DNA of 64,000 nucleotides from an uncultured bacterium (GTDB lineage: Bacteria > Verrucomicrobiota > Verrucomicrobiia > Verrucomicrobiales > DEV007): contig CAXBMO010000002.1 of assembly GCA_963977015.1 (NCBI GenBank), forward strand, positions 256,001 to 320,000, in the 5' to 3' direction. Below are positions 19,163-28,016 of this stretch, piece by piece. Both the position numbers and the translations under genes were made by a program. The notes beneath the pieces were generated by a model. That model saw only the letters and a list, made by a program, of their open reading frames with translations, did no database searches and had not been told where the DNA came from. Positions within the stretch are counted from its first letter, which is position 1; each line of letters starts with the position of its first letter.

Positions 19163-20617
19163 ATGATGCCAAACTCCTTCGCTCACTTTTTCTTTTTCAG
19201 CTTCATTGCAGTTGCGCCAGTTTTTGCAGCCTCGGAGGAAGACTCCGCTGCAAGCGACAACGGAACATCCGCCCCCAAGAAATACATCGTCGCCAAACCC
19301 ATTTCATTGCGGGTGGTCGCCAAACCAATCTCCATCACAGGCAGTGTCGAAACGGAAGCATCAAAAGACTCGGTCGATTCTCCAGAAGTTGAGAACGAAT
19401 CTGCAGCCAGCCCAACCAAGCTGAAGGCAACTCCAGTCGAAGCGGCCGCACCCCAGCCATCGAAAGAAAGTCCGAAGCAAGTTCCGTCTGAAAAAACGGA
19501 ATCCGACTTCAATGAAGTCGAAAAGCAAAAGAGTTACTTACGTGCTGCGATTTCCAATACCTCATTCAAGCCCGAGGTCACTGAGCCCGAGGTCACTGAG
19601 CCCGAGGTCACTGAGCCCGAGGTCAATGAGCCAGAGGTCAATGAGCCCGAGGTCAATGAGCCGAGCCCCCCGAAACCACTTTTTGAAGTTTCAGGAATCG
19701 CCACACCAGCTAGTTATGTCGCTCCTTCCCGCTCCTCATGGAGAGACCGTTACGAACTTGGACCGGGCGATGAACTCAATTTTGGCCTTCATGGTAAGCC
19801 AACTCTTAAAAAACTGGCAGTTGCGGTAGCTCCCGACGGCACAATCAGCTATCTCCAAGCCAAACAAATCGACGTAAGAGGCAAGACGATCGATGAACTT
19901 CGGCACCAACTGAACGCGATCCTTGCCGACTACCATCGAAACGCTCGCGTCATCATCACTCCCTCCAAATTAGGGAGCAAGCAGTACACCGTACTCGGTG
20001 AAGTCAGAAAAAACGGCACCTACTCACTCGACCGCCCCGTGACACTCTTGCAGGCACTGGCTGAAGCTGGTGGTTTCAATCTCGGAAAAAGTGGTGAAGG
20101 CGCGGTTCAACTGGCCGATCTTCGCCGCTCATTTGTTGTTCGAGACGGAAGCAGGATGCCGGTCGATATGGAATCTCTCTACCTCGCAGGAGACATGACG
20201 CAAAACGTTCATGTTGAACCCGGCGATTATATCTACGTTGCATCCAAACTTCGGAACGAAGTTTATGTCTTCGGTTCCGTCAATACGCCGGGAGTCAAAG
20301 CAATTGAATCCAGGATGACGACGCTTGGAGCGATCGCCGCAGCAGAAGGATTCAGCAGTCAGGCATGGCGAGATCGCGTGCTTATCATTCGTGGGAAAAT
20401 GGATGATCCGGAAACAATCGTGATGCCGCTGAACAAGGTATTGCATGGCAAGTCCCACGATATTGAAATCCTGCCCGGAGATATCGTCTATGTTCACAAC
20501 CGCCCTTGGGCCTATGCCACGAAGATTCTCGACGCAGCGATCTTGGCCTATATTGATGGCTCGTTCGCCGGGTGGCTCGCAGACGACGGGAATATTGCGG
20601 TTACCGCTGGAAGCTAA
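19163..20617 (+). CDS. Polysaccharide biosynthesis/export protein (Wza/OPX-like, Poly_export plus SLBB domains) with a long low-complexity N-terminal linker
   Basis: Signal peptide, YELGPGDEL, VAPDGTIS, VLGEVRKNG, PGDYIYV and VFGSVNTPG. Likely start ATG 19163. Confidence 0.88.
   Translation: MMPNSFAHFFFFSFIAVAPVFAASEEDSAASDNGTSAPKKYIVAKPISLRVVAKPISITGSVETEASKDSVDSPEVENESAASPTKLKATPVEAAAPQPSKESPKQVPSEKTESDFNEVEKQKSYLRAAISNTSFKPEVTEPEVTEPEVTEPEVNEPEVNEPEVNEPSPPKPLFEVSGIATPASYVAPSRSSWRDRYELGPGDELNFGLHGKPTLKKLAVAVAPDGTISYLQAKQIDVRGKTIDELRHQLNAILADYHRNARVIITPSKLGSKQYTVLGEVRKNGTYSLDRPVTLLQALAEAGGFNLGKSGEGAVQLADLRRSFVVRDGSRMPVDMESLYLAGDMTQNVHVEPGDYIYVASKLRNEVYVFGSVNTPGVKAIESRMTTLGAIAAAEGFSSQAWRDRVLIIRGKMDDPETIVMPLNKVLHGKSHDIEILPGDIVYVHNRPWAYATKILDAAILAYIDGSFAGWLADDGNIAVTAGS
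19569..19662 (+). repeat. In-frame 15-bp tandem repeat, 6 copies (AGCCCGAGGTCA[C/A]TG), encoding (PEVTE)3(PEVNE)3
   Basis: Read directly from the sequence; three ACT copies followed by three AAT copies. Confidence 0.95.
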
Positions 20618-20659
20618 ACCAACCTCGTCATTCCACCGATCAATCTACTCACTACTTCA

Positions 20660-21817
20660 ATGAATTTCAGAGTTCTCATTCGTTGCCTGGTCCTTCTTTC
20701 GCCTCTCGTGGTGACAAGCTGCTCTCTGCTCTCCAACGAAGGCACTGACCAACTGCGTGCCAGCTATGGAGGAACCGCCGAGGAAGCCAAGCTTTCCTTC
20801 ATGAAGCTGGATTCCAGGAATAGGATCTCCCCTTCCGATCTCGTCCCCGAAAATGGCGTCTACCGGGTTGGTGCGGGCGACATGCTGAAGATTGAGGTTG
20901 TCGAAGTCAACAACACGGAAACGACGACCATGGTGATGCCTGATGGCAAGCTTTACTATGATATCGCTCCCGGAATCCATGCGATCGGAAAAACGATCCC
21001 CCAACTGGAAAGGGAACTCGCCAGCGCCCTCAAAGACGTCTACCCGTTACCGATTGTTAATATCAATGCGGTAAGAATTCGAAGCTCCAGTTACTCGGTC
21101 ATGGGCCAGGTCGTCACTCCTGGAGTCTATGAAATCGGTAAGCCGACAACCGTTCTCGATGCAGTCTCCCTTGCCGGCGGCATTCGCAGTTCCGAGGTCG
21201 CCAGCCGCACGCAAAACCTGGCGGATTTGCGGCGCAGCGTTCTGATTCGAAATGGACAAATCATCCCGGTAAACTTCGAGGAACTTATCGAGAAAGGCAA
21301 TATGCGCCACAACGTATACCTCCGGCCCAACGATTACATCTACCTCCCAACGAAAGGGAACGAAAAGGTCTATGTATTGGGTAATGTGCGCCGCCCACAA
21401 GCCGTCCCTTACTCCAGTGAGCTTACCTTCGTGAGAGCCCTTGCATCGGCGGGAGGCCCAGCTCCAAGCACCTATCGCAAAGGTCTTTTGGTTATTCGAG
21501 GCGCAACAACCACATCGCCGCATGTTGCCCCGGTCGATCTGCAATCAGTCCTGAAGGGCGGGACCGCCGATTTCCATCTTCAGCCCGGAGATGTGATCTG
21601 GGTTCCGAAAGCTCCCTGGCAAAAGCTGGCTGAGTATGGATTGGCAGCGGTCGATTCAGCGGTCTCCACAATCGCGATTCAGGAAGCTTCCGACAATGGT
21701 GATAGCAATGGTTCATTGAACTCCACCTCAAGCTCTTCAACGAGCACATCGTCGGGAAGTGATGTTCAGTTAGGAATATCGACCGGCCCAGAATCTGGCG
21801 CGAGCTCGTCGTTGTAA
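20660..21817 (+). CDS. Second polysaccharide export protein (Wza/OPX-like lipoprotein)
   Basis: Lipobox VTSC, YRVGAGDML, VMPDGKL, VMGQVVTPG and VLGNVRRP; Ser-rich tail. Confidence 0.88.
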   Translation: MNFRVLIRCLVLLSPLVVTSCSLLSNEGTDQLRASYGGTAEEAKLSFMKLDSRNRISPSDLVPENGVYRVGAGDMLKIEVVEVNNTETTTMVMPDGKLYYDIAPGIHAIGKTIPQLERELASALKDVYPLPIVNINAVRIRSSSYSVMGQVVTPGVYEIGKPTTVLDAVSLAGGIRSSEVASRTQNLADLRRSVLIRNGQIIPVNFEELIEKGNMRHNVYLRPNDYIYLPTKGNEKVYVLGNVRRPQAVPYSSELTFVRALASAGGPAPSTYRKGLLVIRGATTTSPHVAPVDLQSVLKGGTADFHLQPGDVIWVPKAPWQKLAEYGLAAVDSAVSTIAIQEASDNGDSNGSLNSTSSSSTSTSSGSDVQLGISTGPESGASSSL

Positions 21818-21949
21818 GGGAGGAATCAATTGAAGACTGCGCTCGGTCACCGATCGCATATTTAGGCATTCTTTGGTTGCGCCAGCAATGACTTCCGTAA
21901 AGATGCTCATTACAATGCGGGAGACTTTCCAAGGTCACGCATTTCCTCA

Positions 21950-22780
21950 ATGACGTCGACGGATACACCATCAATTTCAGTCATCTGCACGGTTCGGAAT
22001 GGAGCGTTGACGTTGGAGGAAACGTTTCGCAGCATCCTTGAGCAGACTCTTGAGGACTTGGAATTGATCGTTGTTGATGATGGATCTACTGACAATAGCC
22101 TGGATCTCATCAACGAAATCGCGGTTCGTGATTCAAGGGTCAGACTTATTGAAGCCGGCGCCGTTGGAAGAGGTAGTGCGCTGAATCTCGGGATCAATGC
22201 TTCGAAAGGTGAGCTCATTGCGATCATCGACGTCGATGATCCCAGCCATCCCAAGCGACTTGAGCTTCAACGCCAAATCATGAACGAACACGAGGATGTG
22301 GTACTGCTTTGCACTGGAATCGTCTTCGTCCATGGAGACGGTGCCCCGGAATGGCCTTCGATGGAGTTTTCGACTCCATCCAATCAACTCTTGATTGATG
22401 TAACTCAAACGATCATGAGGCGGAACCCCATTTGCCATTCTTCGGTTCTGATGCGTAAGCAGCCGCTGCTGGATCTTGGAGCTTATGATGAATCACGCCA
22501 AAGCAAGTTTGATTACGATCTTTGGGTGCGATTTGTGGAAGCCGGACATAAGCTTCATCGACTGGATTACTTACTGGCTTCCAAACGCTTTCACGAGTCC
22601 CAATCGTTCGATAACAATCCATCTTTTGTCCTCGAAACTGCACCCGTGCAGATCCGTGCAATCCGGATTCTCGGTGGCAATTGGAAAGACTGGCTCAGCG
22701 TGGGAGCAAGAGCAGCATGGTATCTCCTCCCTGCAAAACTGCGCTGGGCGCGACACAGAGGCGGGAACGCGACAAGATAG
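21950..22780 (+). CDS. Glycosyltransferase family 2
   Basis: ISVIC...ELIVVDDGSTD, DVDD (DxD), ICHSSV and DYDLW. Confidence 0.93.
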   Translation: MTSTDTPSISVICTVRNGALTLEETFRSILEQTLEDLELIVVDDGSTDNSLDLINEIAVRDSRVRLIEAGAVGRGSALNLGINASKGELIAIIDVDDPSHPKRLELQRQIMNEHEDVVLLCTGIVFVHGDGAPEWPSMEFSTPSNQLLIDVTQTIMRRNPICHSSVLMRKQPLLDLGAYDESRQSKFDYDLWVRFVEAGHKLHRLDYLLASKRFHESQSFDNNPSFVLETAPVQIRAIRILGGNWKDWLSVGARAAWYLLPAKLRWARHRGGNATR

Positions 22781-23926
22781 CTACTTATTTTGTGGAGGCT
22801 CGAGAACCGCCTGATAGAGACTCAGATATTTCTGATACATCACTTGAAAGGTGAAGTTCTTTTCGTAACGCGCCCTCCCCTGTTTACCCATTCTTTTTCG
22901 CAGCTTGGGATCATCGATAAGCTCCCGAAGAGCATCTACAAGTCCATTCAAATCCCCTTTCTTTACTACTCGCCCCGTCTCTCCATCTACGACGGCCTCG
23001 TTGCAGCCTCCCACGTCGGACGTAACGACAGGCAAGCCGGAACGCATCGCCTCCAAAATACTCCTGGGGAATCCCTCCCAGTTCGAGATCAACAGAAAGA
23101 CATCACAATCCCTGAGTTCATCATCCACGTTGCTGGAATACCCTACAAACTCGACCCGCTGTTCAATTTGCAAAGACATTGCAAGGTCCATGCACACTTC
23201 TCTCGATGGACCGTCACCAACGAATTTCAGTTTCCAATTGGACTCTTTCAACTCAGCCATGGCCCGCAGCAGAAGAGTTTGATCCTTCTGCTCTTCAAAC
23301 CGCCCAACCATCACCAACCTTATCGGATTATCCGACTGCTCGTCACCAGTTTTAAGTAGTTGGGCGGTGTCCGAATCAGTAACTCCGTTGTGAACAAAAA
23401 CCGTCTGGTCCGAGTTCCCGACTCTCCGAGCAAGGCCAAACTCTCGCTCCTGCTGACAGACTGCAATGATTCGTCTCGCAAATGGCGCAAGGAGACGCTC
23501 CGCCACTTCGTAAACTTTCGCATTCGGGAACCCCTCAACAAACGACCAGCAGTGAGGAGTGTAGAGAACCGGTATCCCCATCCCTAGACATGCCACCCTG
23601 GCAATCGCCCCTCCCTTGGATGCATGCGCTGAGACAATGTCAGGAGCAAACTTCGCCACGGCATTCCTGATTGCAGCCATAGCCTCCAAGTCCTTCAAAG
23701 GATTGATGGACCGTCCCATTGCGTTGACACACTCGAAGTCCAATTCTTTCTCAGCAAACCGAGCAGGAACCTCCATCTCTGAGGAGCCTCCCACCATCAC
23801 TTTGACCTGGTGGCCGTCGTCCATCAATTGGCGGGCCATATCCCGAACGTGTAAGGAAGCTCCCCCAAAGGAGTCTCCCCGAGCCGAAACAAACAAAATA
23901 CGCATCTTCTCCTTTTCTTGAACCAT
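22781..23926 (-). CDS. Glycosyltransferase family 4
   Basis: GGA, HASKGG, TPH, VHNGV, VGRFEEQKD and EGFPRSILEAM. Confidence 0.95.
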   Translation of the reverse strand: MVQEKEKMRILFVSARGDSFGGASLHVRDMARQLMDDGHQVKVMVGGSSEMEVPARFAEKELDFECVNAMGRSINPLKDLEAMAAIRNAVAKFAPDIVSAHASKGGAIARVACLGMGIPVLYTPHCWSFVEGFPNAKVYEVAERLLAPFARRIIAVCQQEREFGLARRVGNSDQTVFVHNGVTDSDTAQLLKTGDEQSDNPIRLVMVGRFEEQKDQTLLLRAMAELKESNWKLKFVGDGPSREVCMDLAMSLQIEQRVEFVGYSSNVDDELRDCDVFLLISNWEGFPRSILEAMRSGLPVVTSDVGGCNEAVVDGETGRVVKKGDLNGLVDALRELIDDPKLRKRMGKQGRARYEKNFTFQVMYQKYLSLYQAVLEPPQNK

Positions 23927-23947
23927 TTGAATTCCCGATGATCTTCC

Positions 23948-25249
23948 CTAACCCACCTGCGCCTTCGCTCCCAACCCCAAGGTATCGGTAATCACCGCCG
24001 GAAGATATACCAACCACAGCGCGGCAATGGTCGTCGGACCAAAGCTATCACTCAGCTGGTTGCAAACGACATAAACCGAGGCTGAAACATAACAAGCCCA
24101 TATCCTTCGATCGACCACCGAATCACGGCCGGAGAGAACGAGGAGTGATTTAACCGCGCATCTCCAAAAAATCCGGAGGCACAAAATCACGACGGCAATT
24201 GCTCCAAAAATCCCGATTCCCCGGAAGTAATCCAAAACCAGGTTGTGTGAGTGCGAGATTCCAAGAATCATCTCTCCTGCTCCAGCACCTATCAACCAAT
24301 GCTCTTTCCCCAATCGAATGGCTTCCTCCCAGAGAACTTGTCGTGATTGAATCGAATAGTAGTTTTCAACTCCCCCCGTAAAGATCATTCGAAGCTTTTC
24401 CGCCAGAACCGGATCGATCGCCCCGACAACAGCAAGGCCAAACAACCGCACCCCCAAAATCAAACCCCCAATCCCAATCAGAAAAGCGACCCGTTTCGTC
24501 AGACTCAATGATCTGAAGTTCACGAGAAAGAGAAACAACAAACCTGTCGCACCACCAACAAACAGGGCGGTTTTCGAACCGGTTCTCAGCAGTAAATAGA
24601 ACAGTATCAAAAAGGCACCAATGAGCCCGACCATCGTTCGCTTGCGTCTTGCCACCGAAATTTCGCAAAGAACGAGCGGGATGAGGGAAGCCAAAACGAC
24701 CGAATGTTGGTTTGCATTTTCAAAACCCCCATGAAATCGGTGGGCCCCGAAAAAGTAATCCCTCAGACCAACACTGGAGAGAATGAGAAACAGGCCGGTA
24801 AGGATGAGTCCGGTCCAAAGATGGACTCTGGGAATCTGAAACAACCGCTGGGGAGATTGACTCTGAAGCGCTAGGAGCTGAACCAAGAGAAGAAATGGGA
24901 GGACACAAGGGAAGAGGATCCGAAAGATCCGAAAAGGCTCCGAACTATTCAGTAGCGAAAAAATACTCAACATCGCCATCAGAGCCAATGCACAGAGTTC
25001 CACACTGAGACGGTCCACCACCTTGAGAAACTCTGTTCGTGAAATCCGAATTACAAAAAACCCAATGCAGAACGTCATCGCAAGAACCGACGAGAGTGCC
25101 ACGTTCGCTCCCAGAGTCAGCGGCTTGGCGAGCCAGCAACTGAAAATATAGAGATAGAGAGGGACGCAAACCAAGGCCATGACCTGGCTGGGCAACTTAA
25201 GCTGAAGGGCGCCCCATTGCGGCACTGAAAGTTGAGTCTCTCGCATCAC
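23948..25249 (-). CDS. O-antigen ligase/Wzy polymerase-like membrane protein
   Basis: About 11-12 TM segments; RFHGGFENAN, TGSKT, SR..LW, GAGAG and HSHN motifs. Confidence 0.82.
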   Translation of the reverse strand: MMRETQLSVPQWGALQLKLPSQVMALVCVPLYLYIFSCWLAKPLTLGANVALSSVLAMTFCIGFFVIRISRTEFLKVVDRLSVELCALALMAMLSIFSLLNSSEPFRIFRILFPCVLPFLLLVQLLALQSQSPQRLFQIPRVHLWTGLILTGLFLILSSVGLRDYFFGAHRFHGGFENANQHSVVLASLIPLVLCEISVARRKRTMVGLIGAFLILFYLLLRTGSKTALFVGGATGLLFLFLVNFRSLSLTKRVAFLIGIGGLILGVRLFGLAVVGAIDPVLAEKLRMIFTGGVENYYSIQSRQVLWEEAIRLGKEHWLIGAGAGEMILGISHSHNLVLDYFRGIGIFGAIAVVILCLRIFWRCAVKSLLVLSGRDSVVDRRIWACYVSASVYVVCNQLSDSFGPTTIAALWLVYLPAVITDTLGLGAKAQVG

Positions 25250-25252
25250 ACT

Positions 25253-26593
25253 TTACGTAACTGGCCGAAAGCTCACTCGAACCTCTACCAACTGACTGAG
25301 AACATACGCTATCCACAGAAAGATCGCTGGAAAAACTGGAATCAAATACCGCGGTTCTGCCGGTAATAAGAGAACACCACAAAAATAGATTCCAAAGCAA
25401 AGAAGTAGCAGCTTTATCGCCATGTGGACGTCCCTCCATTTCCAAAGCGTGACAATGGTTGCCCCCGCCATTCCCAAGAAGACGACAAAACCCGTTAGCG
25501 CCCAAACCAGTTTCGGAAAGTTCTCAAATTTTCGAGATCGTGGAACATTGAAAAATACACGACACAGGTTTGCCGCATAATTTCTCACCAAGGCCTTTTC
25601 AACACCTTCGCTTTCGAGATGTTTTTTGACTCCCTCCATCCATCGTTCTTCTCGCTCGATGGGAGGTAGTTCACTGGCCGACTGGATGAACGAAAGGTGA
25701 TTCTCCGCGAGAAGCGGATCACCCTTCACCCATTTCTCTTGAAGCCAGCTCCCGTATTCACCTTCGTGAGGACTCGTAATCCAATAGAGCAACTCGGTTC
25801 CGTTGGTGGCCCAACAAAAAACTTTCCCCGTATGATGGTGCGTGTAAGAAAGATAAGGAATGCAAAAAATCAGCGCTGCGACAAACGGGATCGTCGCAGC
25901 CTTAAGCTTCTCTCGATATCCATCGATGAGGCAGAGTACCGGAGCGGAGAGCAATGCGCCTAGGGCCACATACCCAAACATCGTCCTGGTCATCGCAAGC
26001 CACGCAAAAGCGAGCCCTGCGAGTATGACCAACTTCCAGGAAAAAGACTTCGCCTGAAGCCCCTTGATATAAGCCCAGGCAAATAGCCCGAACAACATGG
26101 GCGTCACGTTTTCAGTCATGATCATGGGGACCCAACGCAGTTGGAACGGGTTAAGCGCCATTGCCAACATCACAGCCAGAGCCCATCGACTTGGGATGAG
26201 TAGTTTCGAGGCAAAATAGATCGCCAGATACCCGATCGCGAGGAATGGAATATTGAGAAGCCGAAGTGGCAACAGCCGCCATTTCAAATTTTTCAGGGGT
26301 TCTCCAGATTCGCCAGGAACATAGAACTCAAAAGTGTCTGGATCTTGAATCATTCGATCAAATTCAAACCCAAGCAATCCCATCACTGGAGCCAACAACA
26401 TCGGGTATCCCGGCCCATTCGTGAAATCCGGCAGCTTTTCTTCTACAAAATAGCCTTTGGTCAGATTGTTTGCCCCTGAAAAATAGCGGGGTTCATCATT
26501 GAGAAGCTGATCGGGGCTCAAGAAGATAATGAGCAGGAGGTGGAAAATCGACAATCCCAACACGGTCCGAAACAGGAGCTTCTCCCTTTCCAT
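25253..26593 (-). CDS. GT-C-fold-like (ArnT/PMT-type) multi-pass membrane glycosyltransferase
   Basis: NDEPRY after TM1, PGYP, MTE, ..TR and PRYLIP motifs. Start reassigned to ATG 26593 to avoid overlap with the flippase gene. Confidence 0.65.
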   Translation of the reverse strand: MEREKLLFRTVLGLSIFHLLLIIFLSPDQLLNDEPRYFSGANNLTKGYFVEEKLPDFTNGPGYPMLLAPVMGLLGFEFDRMIQDPDTFEFYVPGESGEPLKNLKWRLLPLRLLNIPFLAIGYLAIYFASKLLIPSRWALAVMLAMALNPFQLRWVPMIMTENVTPMLFGLFAWAYIKGLQAKSFSWKLVILAGLAFAWLAMTRTMFGYVALGALLSAPVLCLIDGYREKLKAATIPFVAALIFCIPYLSYTHHHTGKVFCWATNGTELLYWITSPHEGEYGSWLQEKWVKGDPLLAENHLSFIQSASELPPIEREERWMEGVKKHLESEGVEKALVRNYAANLCRVFFNVPRSRKFENFPKLVWALTGFVVFLGMAGATIVTLWKWRDVHMAIKLLLLCFGIYFCGVLLLPAEPRYLIPVFPAIFLWIAYVLSQLVEVRVSFRPVT

Positions 26594-26675
26594 TATTTCA
26601 CCCAATATACCTTTCTTCGCCTCGACGAAGAGTTGCGCCTGCGTCGCAAAATTTACGACTCCCGACCTGAGTGTT

Positions 26676-27983
26676 TCAAGCTGCGTTGCCACTGTTTCGA
26701 GAATTTCGGAAGAAGTGGCCCAGGCACAGCCCTTTCTGCAAAAGCAAACCGACACCGACGGCCAATGCCATGCCCAAGGGGCCAAAGACGGGGATGAAGG
26801 CGAATGAAAGCAGAATGGTGGTGACCGTTCGAACCATTGAAAACATTGCCATCCGCTTGGTGTGCCCCATCATGAGAACCAGTTCGTTGGCTGGCCCCAA
26901 GACCAGAGAAACTACCGTAAACGCGAGAAACGTTTGCAGGATAGGAGCGGCTTCGGCAAACCCCGGCCCGAAGAGCCGCATTACCGGCGAGGCAAAGAGG
27001 AGAACCAGCACCAAAGGCACCCCAAGCACTTTCAACCCATTGACAATGCTGCCCCGATAAATTTGAGCCGTAAGAGCCCAATCTTTCGCATGTCCGGAAC
27101 GGGAAAGTCTTGGCATCGCCACGGAATGGATTGCGGCTGCCAGCAAATCAAACAGCATAAACAAGCGATAAGCCGTGGTGAGAAAGGAGACCGACTCGGC
27201 AGGAAACATGCTTTCCAATACAGCCAGCGGAATCACATAGGTTAGCGCCGTGAAAATGGTCGAGCTGAAAATCGGAACCCCGGCACGGAGCTTCTCAACC
27301 ACCTCCTTCGCTTCAGGAATGTGAAAGGGTAAGCCAAGCTTCGAGAATCCTGGACCAAAAGGAGCAAGAAATCCTGTGACGAAAAATGCTACGCTATAAC
27401 AAACCAATGCGTTCCCTGCCGTCAATCCCTTCCCCAACACCACGATGGCAAGCAGGAAAATGAATCCGGCCACAAACTGGCGATACAGAATCGCGAGCAA
27501 TGGATAACCACCACCTTTCATCGATTCTCCATTTACCCTGCACATGGCCATCCCCCCTATCCCTATTGGAAGCATGCAGTACCACAGGAGCGATCTGGAA
27601 ATCTCTTTCTGAGCCAGTAACGCATACCCAATCAATACGGCTCCGACGAAGGCTGAAAACGTGATGGCGATCGTTCGAACCACTCCCAGGAAATGCGCAT
27701 GCGCGACGCGATTGCCATCAAGCCTGGGGACTTGCTGAAGCGCCAGACCATCAAGGCCAAAGGTGGCCACATGCCCAAATGACATAAGGATCGCTGACCA
27801 GAAGAAGAAATCCCCGGACCTTTCTTCGCCCAAGGTCCTGGCGATCCACACGGTAGCCAGAAACTGAAGAAACGCCGCAGCCATCCTGAAGCCGGGAACC
27901 AAAACCGATCTCAACCAACCCAGATCAGCAATTGTTGGAACTCGGCGATTCAGTCTTGTTACGGGTTGAGGCGCGTCAATCAT
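26676..27983 (-). CDS. wzx: Wzx-type oligosaccharide flippase (MOP family)
   Basis: IARTLG...G, FGL, PRLSR, LFGPGF and FIPVFGPLGMA; about 12 TM segments; within the polysaccharide locus. Confidence 0.82.
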   Translation of the reverse strand: MIDAPQPVTRLNRRVPTIADLGWLRSVLVPGFRMAAAFLQFLATVWIARTLGEERSGDFFFWSAILMSFGHVATFGLDGLALQQVPRLDGNRVAHAHFLGVVRTIAITFSAFVGAVLIGYALLAQKEISRSLLWYCMLPIGIGGMAMCRVNGESMKGGGYPLLAILYRQFVAGFIFLLAIVVLGKGLTAGNALVCYSVAFFVTGFLAPFGPGFSKLGLPFHIPEAKEVVEKLRAGVPIFSSTIFTALTYVIPLAVLESMFPAESVSFLTTAYRLFMLFDLLAAAIHSVAMPRLSRSGHAKDWALTAQIYRGSIVNGLKVLGVPLVLVLLFASPVMRLFGPGFAEAAPILQTFLAFTVVSLVLGPANELVLMMGHTKRMAMFSMVRTVTTILLSFAFIPVFGPLGMALAVGVGLLLQKGLCLGHFFRNSRNSGNAA

Positions 27984-28016
27984 TCAAATTCCCGGGCGGC
28001 GGGATTGAAAATTATA

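Noticed and set aside
19569-19662. Tandem repeat as a CRISPR array
   Set aside because: 15-bp units with no spacers, in frame within a CDS, and no cas genes.
26594-26785. Long N-terminal extension of the GT-C-like ORF overlapping wzx
   Set aside because: The upstream in-frame start is likely spurious; ATG 26593 gives a normal TM1-DE layout without overlap.
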